Origin: the human T2T-CHM13v2.0 reference genome, Homo sapiens
Length of the DNA: 64,000 nt
NCBI RefSeq assembly: GCF_009914755.1
Contig: NC_060940.1
Strand: one strand, 5' to 3'
Below the pieces are notes generated by a model. That model was given only the letters and a program-made list of their open reading frames with translations. It did not search any database and was not told the origin of the DNA. The position numbers and the translations under genes were made by a program. This document shows positions 1 through 15,056 of the stretch, piece after piece (positions within the stretch are counted from its first letter, which is position 1; each line of letters starts with the position of its first letter).

Positions 1-710
1 TTCTCAAAACTAAATTGCCAAATGTTCATTTTTAAAAAGCCAAAAATAACCAACCAACACAATGAGGATAAATTTAAAGTGATCAAGTTTGATTTTTTTA
101 AAAAACTGTTCAAACATCTTGGTAGTGCTGGGCAGGAAGTTGGCTTTCATTCTGGGTGAGATGAGAAGGCTCTAAGGGGCATAGGACCTGATGTCATGGG
201 ACCTGATGCAGGCTCTGTCTTAATAGCTGACTCCTGCGTGGAGTAGGTTATTGGGGGATGGGTGGACAGAGACCAGGGAGGAGGCTGGTGCAGGAATCCC
301 AGTGAGAAATGATGGTGTCCAGGCTAGGCCATAGCAGTAGAGGAAGCAAGATTCTGGAATGCACTTGGAAAATGAAGCCATCTTTGGGCTTGAGCTCAAG
401 GAAGCATGAAGCTGCCCCTAACTGAAGTGGGGAAGGTGGTCTGGGGAGCAGTTTAGGAGGAGAGATCAGGAGCTCAGTTTCGGACTTGGAAATTTTGAAA
501 CGCACATGAGGCATCCAGGTGGAGTTGGGAGAATTAAATAATGCTGAAAGGTACTCACTTGGCAAGTAGCAAATATTCGCTATATTGTCTGTTCAACTTT
601 GTCAACTGCTTTTCCAGTAGAAATGTAGTGTCCTTATCACACATGCATAAATGTTAAACTCAAAAGTAAAATGAAATATTTTCTCAGTAGATATGAATAA
701 CTTTTTAATT

Positions 711-2075
<1,365 letters not shown>

Positions 2076-2214
2076 TAGACTACCATCATAGATGGTACAA
2101 ACACTTCCCAGTTTGTTGCTTTCGTTTTGTTTGTTGCCATTTTTACTATACAGAAAAAAAAGGCAATAAAGGATACATTATTATAATATGTTAATTTCTA
2201 CTGCATTATTTTTA

Positions 2215-3268
2215 ACAACTTCATTGAGGTGTAATTTACATACCGTAAAATCTATCCATTTTAGGTGTAGGATTCAGTGATTTCTGGTAAATTTACTGAG
2301 TTATGTGACCATCACCACAATCTGGTTTTGGGACATTTTCATTACTGCCATAATATTCCTCAAACCCATTTAGAATCATTCCTATTTCTGCTCCCAGGCC
2401 CAGGCAACCAGTAATCTACTTGCTGTTTCAATAGATTTGCCTTTTCTGGATGTTTTACATAAATAGAATCATACAATACGTGATCTTTAGTGATCTTTTT
2501 TCACATGGCATAAACTTGGTTCCTTTTTATGTTGAATAATATTCCATTGTATAGATATGTCACAGTTTGTTTCTCCATTCATGAGCTTTTGGGTATTTGG
2601 GTTGATTTCACTTTTTGACTGTTATGGATAATGCTGGTACAAACATTCATATACAAGTTTTTGTGTAGATGTATATTTTCATTTCTCTTGGAATAGACCT
2701 AGGCGTGGAATTGCTGGATTAGATGGTAATTCTATTGTTTTACATTCTAAGGCAGGGGTCCCCAACCCCCAGGCTACAGATCAGTGTCGGTTCATGGCCT
2801 GTTAGGAACTGGGCCGCACAGCAGGTGGTGAGCGGCCATTGGGCGAGTATTACTGCCTGAGCTCTGCCTCCTGTCGGATCAGCGGTGCCATTAGATTCTC
2901 ATAGGAGCACAAACCCAGTTGTGAAATGCGCATGTGAGGGATCTAGGTTGCGAGTTTCTGATGAGAATCTAATGATAAATGTAATGAGCTTGAATCATCC
3001 CGAATCCATCCCCCAACCCCAACCCCCGTCCGGGGAAAAAATGATCTCTCATGAAATCAGTCCCTAGGCCAAAAAGTCTGGGGACTGCTGTTCTAAGGAA
3101 CTGCCAAAACTGCCAAACTGTTTTTCAGAGTGGCTGGACCATTTTACATTCCCACCGGCAATATATACGGTGTCCTGTTTCTTTACATCCTCATCAACAT
3201 GTGTCTTTTTCATTACAGCCATTCTATGTGGGTGTGAAACGCTATGTGGCTGTGTTTTTCATTTCCAT
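2215..3268 (-). mobile_element. Old L1M 3' region, interrupted by MER1B
   Basis: Antisense L1 motifs such as aatattccattgtatagatat, ggaattgctggat, cattttacattcccacc. Confidence 0.75.
2753..3090 (+). mobile_element. MER1B-like hAT-Charlie element inserted in old L1
   Basis: CAGGGGTCCCCAACC...GGGGACTGCTG termini, 338 bp, 8-bp TSD TTCTAAGG (2745-2752 / 3091-3098). Confidence 0.85.
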
Positions 3269-3348
3269 GCAGAAATTTTTAATTTAATTGCTTAGTTAAA
3301 AATAATTCTTTAAATTTAAAACACTCATATTGCCATATGTATATTTTT

Positions 3349-4531
3349 ATACTACAAAGTGATACAATTTTTGTTAATTTTCTTGCCTTGATTACTCTTT
3401 ACCTGTATAGTATTTAAATCTTTACATAAGATCACAATTATAGTGAATAGTAATTTATTCAACTCAAAATCTTCATAGGATTTAGAAAATTTAAGTCCTT
3501 TACCAAAGGGATTGACTTTTAACTTCATTAAAGGTTGCGAACAGTATCAAATCCTTGGTAAAGCCACATTCAATCTTTGGCACTCCAGGATTTTGAGCTA
3601 TAACTGTAGTGATCACTAATATGTCATTTCTAAGCTGACGGTCATAATGACTAAAACCTCTCATAGATAGATTTTAAAATACTTCCTTCAAAGCCAGTAA
3701 ACATTCCAAGTTACTAAGCTGTTGAACAATTTCTTATTTTGAAGATTTTTTCTGATAAGTTCCAAAGTGTTTCTGATGAAGGAAATAAAAGCTGTCCAGA
3801 GAAATCTGAGTCATTGAGGTGAGCACAGATTCCTTTGGCTGCTTGTGCTTTCATCATTACAGTACAATTAACTTCAGAAGTCGAGAGATGCTGCAGAATT
3901 TTAAGTACCCAAAGTTTCTCAACAAGTTGATTTTCAAGCAAGGTCATTAACTGGGCCATTGTTTTTGCCAATCCTCCAACTTCAGCCATTTGAATCTTGT
4001 ATGATGAACTCACTTGCTGGTAACCTGGAATATGCTCCTTTGGTGGTTGTGCCTGATAAAAGTCAACAATACGTTTACAATTTTTTATCCTCAATTCAGA
4101 ACTTGGTATTTTCATTAAGTCACCCAGAAGCGCAACTGAACTAGCAGTATCTCCAGCATAAGTTATTTCATCCGATACTTTCTTTTTCAAAAATGGCAAG
4201 CCACACTATTTTATGATATCATATGCAGATTCTACAAAATGCGGCTGGTTTTCAATTTTTACTGCACACAGATTCAGAATTTCAAATGTCTGTACTAAAT
4301 CCCTTAAGGGAAGTTCATTCTGATAACACTGTACCAGTTTCTTGACAGATTTAAGTTGCTTTTCTTCTAAGCCTTCTTTAGCAGTCTCTTCAAAAAGTTT
4401 GATGACACCATTAAGGTCCACAGGCTTCAAAACACCAGTTCCACATGGCGAGGGAGGCCTTGGGAAACATCATCATGATGGAAGGCAAAGGGGAAGTAAA
4501 GACCTTCTTCATGGTGGCAGGAAAGAGACAG
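3349..4531 (-). pseudogene. CFAP69P1: Processed pseudogene of CFAP69 (coding homology 3403-4436), antisense in NLRC5 intron
   Basis: Intronless KPVDLNGVIKLFEET...PFLKKKVSDEITY...SYEDFELNKLLF...CKDLNTIQ matches recalled CFAP69 (aa ~41-385); stop at 4206-4208, frameshifts near 3745 and 3505; symbol from memory. Confidence 0.9.
4437..4531 (-). mobile_element. THE1 (C/D-like) MaLR LTR fragment forming the 5' end of the retrocopy
   Basis: Minus strand TCTCTTTCCTGCCACCATGAAGAAGG...CCTTCCATCATGAT...AGGCCTCCCTCGCCATGTGGAACT resembles recalled THE1 consensus up to the GGAACT|GTGAGT donor. Confidence 0.85.
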
Positions 4532-5027
4532 CATATTGCTATGTATTTTAACACCACTTATTTCCCCCCTTTTTTCTTTCAATATCATGGATTAAATAGT
4601 GTATTTTAAATGAGTGTGAGGCTCACTTGGACTCTATTCCATCCCTTTGGCCAATTTTTTTCCATTTTTAATCCAAGAATCTTAAAGTTTGAATGATGGT
4701 CACCTTGTTATATATTTTATTATGTTTGGAAGCTTTTTTGCTATTGTCTGATCCTCCCAACAAATAGCCTTTTGATAGAATTGCCTTTATTCGTTTCTTT
4801 ATATCTAATTCTAACTTAAGATTAGACTTAAAAGTAACTTCAGCGGTTTTATTATGAAATATTTAAGGCATATAAATACTGCCTCTTTTCTCTAAATGAC
4901 TGCTAATATAATTTTACCAAGTTCTGTTAAAGTATCCTGTTGTACATAAAGTGCTGTTGTTTTTTATCTGCCTGTTAACTTAGAGTGGGTTTTATTTTCT
5001 TTCACTTTCTGTGGTCGAAGGCAAGTA

Positions 5028-5727
5028 TGTCTTAGTCAGTTTGGGCTGTTATAATGAAACACTGTAGACTGGGTGGCTTAAACAACAGAAAGTTGTTTCT
5101 CACGTTCTGAAAGCCGGGAAGTCCCCAATCAGGGAGCCAGCAGGCCTGGTGTCTGGAGAGGATGCGCTTCCTGGTTTGCAGACGGCACCTTCTCATTGTG
5201 TCCTCACAGGGCAGAGAGCAAAAAGAAAGGGCAAGCGCTCTCCAGCCTCTTCCTTTTTCCTTTTTTTTTTTTGTTTGTTTGAGATGGAGTCTTGCTCTGT
5301 TGCCCAGACTGGAGTGCGGTGGCATGATCTTGGCTCAATGCAACCTCTGCCTCCTGGCTTCAAGTGATTCTCCTGCCTCAGCCTCCTGAGTAGCTGGGAC
5401 TACAGGTGCCTGCCACCATGCCTGACTAATTTTTATGTTTTTATTAGAGATGGGGTTTCATCATGTTGGCCAGACTGGTTTTAGACTCCTGACCTCAAGT
5501 GATCTACCTACCTTGGCCTCCCAAAGTGCTGGGATTACAGGCGTGAACCACCGCACCCGGCCTCCAGCCTCTTCTTGTGAGGGCAGTAATCCCATCATAA
5601 GGGGTCCACCCTCTTGACCTAATCACTTCGCAAAGGTCCCACTTCCAAATACCATCACACTGGGTATTTAGGCTTCACCAGGTGAATTGGTGGGGGAGGT
5701 GGGACACAAACATTCAGTCCACGGCAA
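5028..5727 (-). mobile_element. MLT1A-like MaLR LTR interrupted by antisense Alu (~5253-5562)
   Basis: TGTCTTAGTC...ggtggcttaaacaacagaaa...gggacacaaacattcagtcc; Alu TSD TCCAGCCTCTTC. Confidence 0.8.
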
Positions 5728-5804
5728 GTTTTTATCTCAATTTGCTAAAGCCTCTCTTTATTTCTCCTGTTACAGTGTGATAATGTTTTTTAAAATATCA
5801 TTTA

Positions 5805-6615
<811 letters not shown>

Positions 6616-7411
6616 TCAAAAGATCTCTCTTTTCCTTTCTTATTTCTAATTACCATACTACATACCACCTCCATTATGTCAGAATGTGCCCTATTTACGT
6701 GGATTTGTCTAAAGTCATGGAACTCTGAGTTACATTCCTCGTATTTCACAGAGACACAATCAGAGCACACGCTTATCTTCCGCCTCTCTTCATTTCCTCC
6801 ATGTACTCTGTAGCTACCTGTTCTCTTCTTTGTTCGTAGGAAGATCTCTGTTGCGTGGTGTGGGAGTTTGTGCCAGCTCATCTTTTTATTGTGCTTTCTG
6901 TGAGCAGCTATCAATGCCTCCAGGTCTTCTCTTTAAGAAGAATGTTTACTCTCAATTGTTTAAAAAACTAACTAAATAGGAAGAAGATTGCAAATCCTAA
7001 CCTTTTTGGGGTTTTATATTGGGGGCAAAAGTTGGCATCTGCAGTAAGGATTATTTCATTTTCATCTGAATAAATGAGCAGTAATAACTTTGCTGACTTG
7101 CAGGGCTCATTGTGATGCCAAAGGACATTGTAAGGTGCATATCTGAATTGGAGGAGGAAGAGGGGCATCCTCTGAGCCAGGTGTGGCAGGAGGTGACATC
7201 AAGGAGGGTTAGGCTGCGTAAACCCAGGGACACAAGGAGCTGCAGTCGGGGAAGAACAAGGTCTAGCGGATGGAGTTGGGGGGACTGTGTCTGGAGCCAA
7301 TGTTCTCAGATGTGTCTCCGGCAGGCAGGGGCAAGGGCTGGTGCCTGGTTTACAGCATTCCTTTTGGAGTCTGGAATAGTGGGGAAAACTCCCTGTCTTC
7401 TCTCCCCTTAG

Positions 7412-7526
7412 GAGTCTGCACTATGGAAACAACCTGTCAATCCAGCTCAAGGCACACATAGCCCAGACACCCATGAGACCCTCTCCGTGGGGACCCTAGA
7501 GCACCTATCATGAACGAGGAGACCAA
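7412..7526 (+). other. NLRC5: NLRC5 non-coding 5' UTR exon carrying uORFs
   Basis: tctccccttag|GAGTCTGCAC...GAGACCAA|gtaggt; matches recalled NLRC5 mRNA leader. Confidence 0.8.
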
Positions 7527-9450
7527 GTAGGTGATTTTTCTCTCCCCTTCACCTCCTCTTTTCCCCTCCTATCTACTTCTTCACTTTTCTCCTACTGCCA
7601 AGACTGGTCCCTACCCAAATCTGCCTTACTGGGCTGCCCCCAACACAACAAACCTGCCCTTGACCATCATTCAGCATGAGAATGTAATGATCAGACACAG
7701 AAAATCAGGAAGAGTTTTGAGACAGCATCTAATCTACCCATTTTAGAGATGGTATGACTGAGGCTTATATAGGAAAAAGGCTTGCTCAAGGTCACACTAT
7801 GAGTGTATCAGCTAGGATAGGCCAGGTTACACTGTAGTACATGCACCCTCCAAAGTCCCAGTGACTCATGGCAACAAAAGTTTATTTCCTGCTCTTGCTT
7901 CCTGTCTCATGTGGATTGACTGGGATCGCTCCTCCACATCATCCTGTCTCCCACACTCAGGCTAACAGGGTAGCCATGATTTGCAATATTTCTGGTCCCT
8001 GGAGTAGAAAAAAAGAAAAAGTACTGTCAATTACACCTTGGTTCTTAAAACAACTACAGGCATGACATGAGTCTTTTTTAGCATGTTTCATTGACCAAAG
8101 CAAGTTTCATGGCTGTGCCCAATTTCAAGGAGGCAGAGAAGTGTAATCCCACCAAAGGCCTAGAAAGAGGAGAAAGAGTATCTGTGAACAGCCCTAATGC
8201 CTACCACAGAGAATTAGTAACAGAGCTGGGCCATGGATCTTTCAACCATCGTCCTCTGTCTCCAAGATTATTCCCCATGGAAATCTCAATGACTGATAAT
8301 GATGCCATGTGCTTTTTCTCCTGAGGATGGTTAGCCTTAAAGAGATTTGTGTCATATCCTAAGGGGATAGAACACTAATGATGGAAACAAAGGTATTGTG
8401 TTAGACTGGCTGGAGGAGAAATTTGAGGATGAGAAACATCACCAGAAATCACACCATCTAGGCACTACTTACTTCCATCTGGTGCCATGCTGCCCTGGAC
8501 CATTTCTTCATGGGTAGCATGGATGCTGGACACCATAGCCTGGAAAAGAAGTTATGCCCTAGGCTATGGCCACATCCTTTTGCCGAGATCACACAAAATC
8601 CAGGGACTTAGCCTTGTCTGGTGCCATCTAGGCCTCCAAGGCCTTGGAAATTTACTGGCCTGGGAGGCAAGAAACCTCAGTTCTCCTCCTGCCTCTGTCA
8701 TGGACTTGCTGTGTGACTGTGGGCACACCCTTTGCCCTTCCTTGGCCATGGTCTTTCCGTCTGCTTAGTGGAGGTGGTGATCCCTGCCTGAGGATCATGG
8801 TGTGAGCATGTTTCATAAATTCTAAGACTCTCTGCCTGAGTGAGGACCTATTGCTATTAGCCCAGTTGAGGAGAAATGACCAGTGGGGCTGACAGTACAT
8901 CCAAGTATGTCTCTACTGCATGCCCAGGGAGCAGCTGGGCTCTAAACCCCAGGACGCATAGTACTGGCCTCAGCCTCTGGGAATTGGGAAGGCTGGCTTC
9001 TGGGTGGACCTCCTACTCTTTTCAGAGTTAGAGGTGGACTCTCTGGAGTTGTGAGGATAAAATAAGGTATATAAAGCACTTAGACAGTGCCTAATACACA
9101 GTGAGTGCTTTCCAAGTGTGTACTGCTATGAGGAAGGACATAGTACCAGAAAGTAGATCCGGAAATGTGATAGCATAGTCCACTAGATGATGGACCACCA
9201 TTTAGTTGGCCAATCCCCAACTGTTGGACATTTAGGTTGTTTCCAATTTTTAATAATTATAAATAATCTTGCAGTGAGCATCTTTGCAATTAAATATTGT
9301 ATATACGTTCATGATCGTTTGCCAAGGTTAGAGTCCTAGAAATGGAATTACTGAATCAAAGGAACTGCACATTATTTAGGCTTTTGCTGTGTAAATGCCC
9401 CGTGCCCTCTATTGGTACTTCTACAAGGAGGTGGTTTAAGAGTTCCAGTT

Positions 9451-9799
<349 letters not shown>

Positions 9800-10489
9800 T
9801 TAGCTAGGATTAGAGTTCACTGTGAGTAGCAGAAAGCACTAAACAACAGTGGCTTAACCAGAATGGAAGTGTATTTCCCTGCCATGTAACAGAAGTCCAA
9901 AGTCAGTGAGCACAGGGCAGATGGGCAGCTTTACCTTCCACCTTCCTCAGTATGGGTTCCACCTCATGATTCAATATGGCTGCCCAAGATCCAGCCATCC
10001 CATCAACAATCCAGACAACAGGAAGGAGCAAAGAAGAATAGACAACATTTCTACTTACATTCCACTGGCCAAATTACATGGCTACATATAACTGCAAGGG
10101 AGACTGGGATATAATAATCTATTCTAGATGACCAGAGAATATTTAGTAGTTCTAATACTGAGGAAGAAGGGAAGAACAGATTTTGGGAGACAACTAGTTG
10201 TCTCTGCCATGAGGTTAGCTCAGACTGAGAGCAGCATAAATGGTTCATGGAAATAAGAATGAGTAATGCATCCTCACGGGACTGTCCACAGGGGATGAAC
10301 AAGACCATTCCAGAGAGCCAGGGTGCAGGCACAAATGGAGTAGGGAGGGGGTGCAGAAGAAACAGACTGATCTCTGGAGCCGATCCCTGGGCAGAGACAT
10401 CAAGACTCCATGGAGAGGCCACTTCCCTGCCTATTTTATGTCTCTCAAATGTAGGGACTGGTTCTTGACTGCTTGACTTCCCTAGAAAC

Positions 10490-11039
10490 TCCCTTATCCC
10501 CCAACTCACCTTCCCCAGATCACCTTCCCCCTAGTTCATCTGTACCCCACTCACCTGCCCTCAGGTCACCTGCCCCACAACTCACCTGTTCTCCATCTAA
10601 TCTTCCTCCCAGCTCCCCTGTCCCCCAAATCACCTGCCCCCAATTTGCTTGTCCTCCAGCTCACCGGTTCCCCAGCTCATCTTCCTTCCAGTTCCCCTGT
10701 CCCCCAGCTCACCTGCCTGCCCTCAGTTCACCTGTCCCCCAGTTCATCTTCCTCCTAGCTCCCCTGTCCCCTAGCTCACCTGTGCCCCAGCTCCCCTGTC
10801 CCCCAGTTCCCCTGTCCCCCAGCTCACCTCCCCCTCAGCTCTCCTGTCCCCCAGCTCATCTGCCCCCAGTTTACCTGTCCCCTAGCTCACCTCCCCCCCA
10901 GTTTACCTGTCCCCCAGCTCACCTCCCCCCAGTTTGCCTGTCCCCCAGCTCAACTCCCCCCAAGTTCCCCTGTCCCTCAGCTCATCTGCCCCCAGTTTAC
11001 CTGTCCCCCTCAACTCACCTATCTTCCCTGTCCCTCCAG
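10490..11039. repeat. C-rich minisatellite, ~16-bp unit CCCAGCTCACCTGTCC, ~30+ degenerate copies
   Basis: AG dinucleotides recur at 16-nt spacing (10932, 10948, 10964, 10980). Confidence 0.9.
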
Positions 11040-11051
11040 GGCTGGCTCCTC

Positions 11052-11346
11052 ATGGACCCCGTTGGCCTCCAGCTCGGCAACAAGAACCTGTGGAGCTGTC
11101 TTGTGAGGCTGCTCACCAAAGACCCAGAATGGCTGAACGCCAAGATGAAGTTCTTCCTCCCCAACACGGACCTGGATTCCAGGAACGAGACCTTGGACCC
11201 TGAACAGAGAGTCATCCTGCAACTCAACAAGCTGCATGTCCAGGGTTCGGACACCTGGCAGTCTTTCATTCATTGTGTGTGCATGCAGCTGGAGGTGCCT
11301 CTGGACCTGGAGGTGCTGCTGCTGAGTACTTTTGGCTATGATGATG
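11052..11346 (+). CDS. NLRC5: NLRC5 coding exon 1, atypical CARD (exon starts 11040)
   Basis: ccag|GGCTGGCTCCTC-ATG; MDPVGLQ...FGYDD; donor gtaagg. Confidence 0.97.
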
Positions 11347-11699
11347 GTAAGGGCAGGTGTGAGAGACGCAAAGCAGCCGGGCCAGTACCTGCGTCATGGG
11401 GAGCCGGGAGGAGCCCAGGGACCCACCTAAGTCAGAGAGAGGGTGTAGCCCAGCCACGATCTCAACTCTATATTTCTGGACACTTCCCAGAACAAATTTC
11501 CTAATGCGCCCAAATCTGCTGGGGCCTGGAGGACCCCTCCTTCTACCTGGCTTCACTCGAATTGCTCGAATTGCTGAGTGACTGCTTCCAGCCACAAAAT
11601 CCCACATAGCGCATAATGCCCGAGAGATTTATTTCTTCTTTTTTGGCGGGGGTGGGGGGGTGTTTTTTGTTTGTTGTTGCTCTTGTTGGGTTTTGTTTG

Positions 11700-12008
11700 T
11701 TTGTTTTTTATTTTTGAGACAAGGTCTTGCTCTGTTGCCTAGGCTGGAGTGCAGTGGCACAATCATAGCTCACTACAGCATCCAACTCCAGGACTCAGGT
11801 GATCCTTCCCACTTCAGCCTCCCAAGTAGCTGAGACTACAGTAGAACTATAGGTGCATGCCACCACATTAGTCTAATTTTTCATTCTTTTGTAGAGACAG
11901 GACATCACTGTGTTGCCCAGGCTGGTCTTGAACTCCTGGCCTTAAGTGATCCTCCTCCCTTGGCCTCCCAAAGTGCTGGGATTATAGATGTGAGCCATCA
12001 CACCTGGC
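11700..12008 (-). mobile_element. AluJ-like
   Basis: Antisense Alu consensus. Confidence 0.9.
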
Positions 12009-12594
12009 TAGAGGTGTTTTTGTTTGTTTGTTTGTTTTGCAACATGGTCAGAAACAGTGACGGGGAGCGCCTTCTGCCCTCTACTGATCCGTGGGGATTT
12101 CTTGGGCACCTTCTGTTTGCACAGCACTGAGGGGAAACACAGGACATTGAGGGGCAACAGCGTTTTTGGAGAGAAAATGGGAACTCACTTAAGAACCCTA
12201 CTTCAAGGCAGAGTGTGGGAATTGCGGGGGGCGGGGCGGCGCATGCACATATGTGCAGACATATGCAGATACACACAGTGCATATACATGTGGGTATGTG
12301 CGTAAACCCATGTACACATGCATGCAAGTGTGCCCACATGCATAACACATGCATGCCTGTGCACACACATACATAAACTTGCATGCACTTGCATATACAC
12401 ACATTTCTGCCCAGCACTGCCTTCAAAGCTCACCACCACATTTTCTCCACAACAGATAACTGAGTGTTCCATTTAGTTCTCCCTTGCTGGGTATCTCCCT
12501 GTGAGATGAGCCCTGAGCCAGGCGCCAGGCCAGAGCTGGTCCCCAGCATCCCTCGACAGCCCCATACCACATTATACTCTCCCCTCTCTTGCAG

Positions 12595-12654
12595 GGTTCA
12601 CCAGCCAGCTGGGAGCTGAGGGGAAAAGCCAACCTGAATCTCAGCTCCACCATG
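12595..12654 (+). CDS. NLRC5: NLRC5 coding exon 2
   Basis: GFTSQLGAEGKSQPESQLHH; gcag|...|gtgagg; 60 nt. Confidence 0.95.
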
Positions 12655-14114
12655 GTGAGGACTGGAGTTGGGGGGTGGGAAGGGGGTGGTGAGCACTGTG
12701 AAGTCCCCACTTCCAAGCTGGAGGAGGCTGTGGTGGCTGGTCACAGCCATTTCTCATAGGCCATGCTCTTCGTCTGTCCCTGACCCATTTGCAAGTGTGT
12801 CAAGCCCCTAACTGTGTCTCCCAGCCCCACCTCCTCCTGCAGTGACTTTCAAGGCTTTAGCTTGTCCCGTTACCAATTCTCAAGGGTCTAACCTGGAACC
12901 CCTCAGGAAGCCTGTTCTCACTTTCCTGCCCGCAACCCGCAGGGCCTCATCTCCCAGCCCCAAAGTGTCAGGCTTCATGGGGAAGCCCTAACCACCCCCT
13001 CCCGACTTGTACACCTTGGACTTGACGCTCACCCACAGCTGCTGTCTTCAGCGGGGGAGCCTTTGGCTGATTTTCTGAAGGAGCTCGGAAGGGCCAGTGA
13101 TTAAATAATGACCACCTACTGATTCGTGGGTCACACTTTCATCTCAGCACCTTGATTTCTACAGAAGCATTGACTTTACTTATCGCTGTGCATGGCAGTA
13201 ATGCCAACAGAAAACCCACCCTATAACCTCAGCTCCCCAGTGAATCAAAACTGTCCAAGTCCCTGGTCCAATAGGCCCGCATCACTGAGCTGGCATCATT
13301 GTCTCATGGCTGTAACCAGATCTGATTGATATTTGGCCAGTGAGTCCCTTTTTAATATAGGATTTGTTAAGATATTGAAGTGCTCTCGAACTGGTTCCAG
13401 CCTCCTAGCTGGACAAGGAGCCCAGGGCCCTGCTCCAGGGGCTGTTCCTATTGGTCACTTAGCTTAGCTGTAGGAGGACCCTGCTTGACTTCTTAAAATT
13501 CTTTCCTGAGTCCTCTTTCCTTTCTCCCTCCCTTCCTTTCTGGGTCCCCTTCCTTCTTGTTTTCCTTCTTCCTTTCTCAAACTCTTCCAGAAAGGCATTA
13601 AAGTGATTGTTGAAAATCCATACAATGAGACAAGACTCCAGAAACTATTAAGGGAAGTGAGGAAATGTGGGTGATAAGAAATCGGGATGATAAAACCCTA
13701 ACAGAGGAGGGAGGTTGCAGGCCTGGCCAAACTCACTGGGAACTTCACTTATATGACCACCGGCGGCTTCCATAGAGCTTGGTCCTTCCCTGATGGACAG
13801 ATGGCCATTTAGTGCTTGGAGCTGAGTGTTTCTGGGGGCTGCTGGCTGTCGGCCCTGCTTCCTGCATCCTGGACTGCAAGACTGCCAGGCCCAGAACATC
13901 CACCTTCCAATGGGGGTGCCTAGAAGTCCACTCTGCAAATAGAAGCTGGTGTTGACCCAGCCACTGCCTGCTGCCTGCCTTTCCAGTCCCTGCATGTGGG
14001 TGTACTTGGCTGCCTGCCACCTGTCTGTGGACTGGAGTTCCCCAAAGGTTCTGGGTAACCCCTCAGCCCAGATCCCCAGACCCCACTCCTCCACCCCTTC
14101 CTTTGCTTTTTCAG

Positions 14115-14183
14115 GCCTGAAGCGCCCACATCAGAGCTGTGGGTCCTCACCCCGCCGGAAGCAGTGCAAGAAGCAGCAGCTAG
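14115..14183 (+). CDS. NLRC5: NLRC5 coding exon 3 (bipartite NLS)
   Basis: GLKRPHQSCGSSPRRKQCKKQQL; 69 nt. Confidence 0.95.
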
Positions 14184-15056
14184 GTGGGTACCAGTGTGGG
14201 GAGGAACATAAACAGAGAGATGGGGTTGCCTGGGGGCCAAGACCCGGACCCTGGACCTTGTCCCCTGCCAATAAGCCTCCAGAGGCCCAGTGACTCTTGT
14301 CTCGCAAGTTTCCAGGAGAAAAGGACTGGAGGTCTTGCACAGGCAGAGGAGAGGCCTGGGCTGGCAGCGAAGGGGCTCCCCACCCATCTGGCTGCATGGG
14401 GACTTCTCTGAAGAGGGCTCCGCTGAAGGAGCTGGAAGCACCATACAGGTCTCAGCTTCGCTGTCCAGGCTTTTCCAGGGACACCCTATGTCCTCAGTGT
14501 TGAAGGAGACCCAGGGAGGAGACCAGTTTGGGGGTGAGCAGGGATGGGGAGGGGTGAGGAGGCCTGGGAGAAACCTTCAAGACAGAGGCCCTGGGGGCCC
14601 ATGGGGAGACATGGAGCTGCTTAGGGCAGGCCAGGCCAGTGAGAGAAGAAAGGGGACTTCTCTCATTCTTGACCAGTTCTCAGAATGGTCCTCGTTCTCC
14701 ACGAGTTGTCCCACTAACTAGAGCCTTCTCTGCCCCCACTGCTGCCAACCATGGCTATAACCAGAGGATTCACATCCGCTCAAAATAGTTCACTACCTTG
14801 GCCTTTCCCCATAGGGTTCCCCCAAAAGCAGCCCCAGCCCTTTCCCTGGGTCACCTGAGACCTCTCAATGACCCAGGAATTAAAAGGTTAACATCTGGCA
14901 CTGTAGGGGCCCAGCTCCCACAGTTCCGATCGGTAATGCCTAGGCCTACAGGTTGTTAGTGCTCACCCCTGGGCATTGCAGAACTGAAATATTGGGAAGA
15001 GGCACTGGGGATCCAGATATTACAGAAAGAGGTTGTTTCAATAAGATATTGCAAAG

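Noticed and set aside
3714-4430. Functional CFAP69 retrogene
   Set aside because: In-frame stop, frameshifts, internal Met changed to GTG and no visible promoter
10473-11504. 343-aa Pro/Ser-rich ORF
   Set aside because: TTG start; it is the stop-free minisatellite plus NLRC5 exon and intron read-through, not a separate gene
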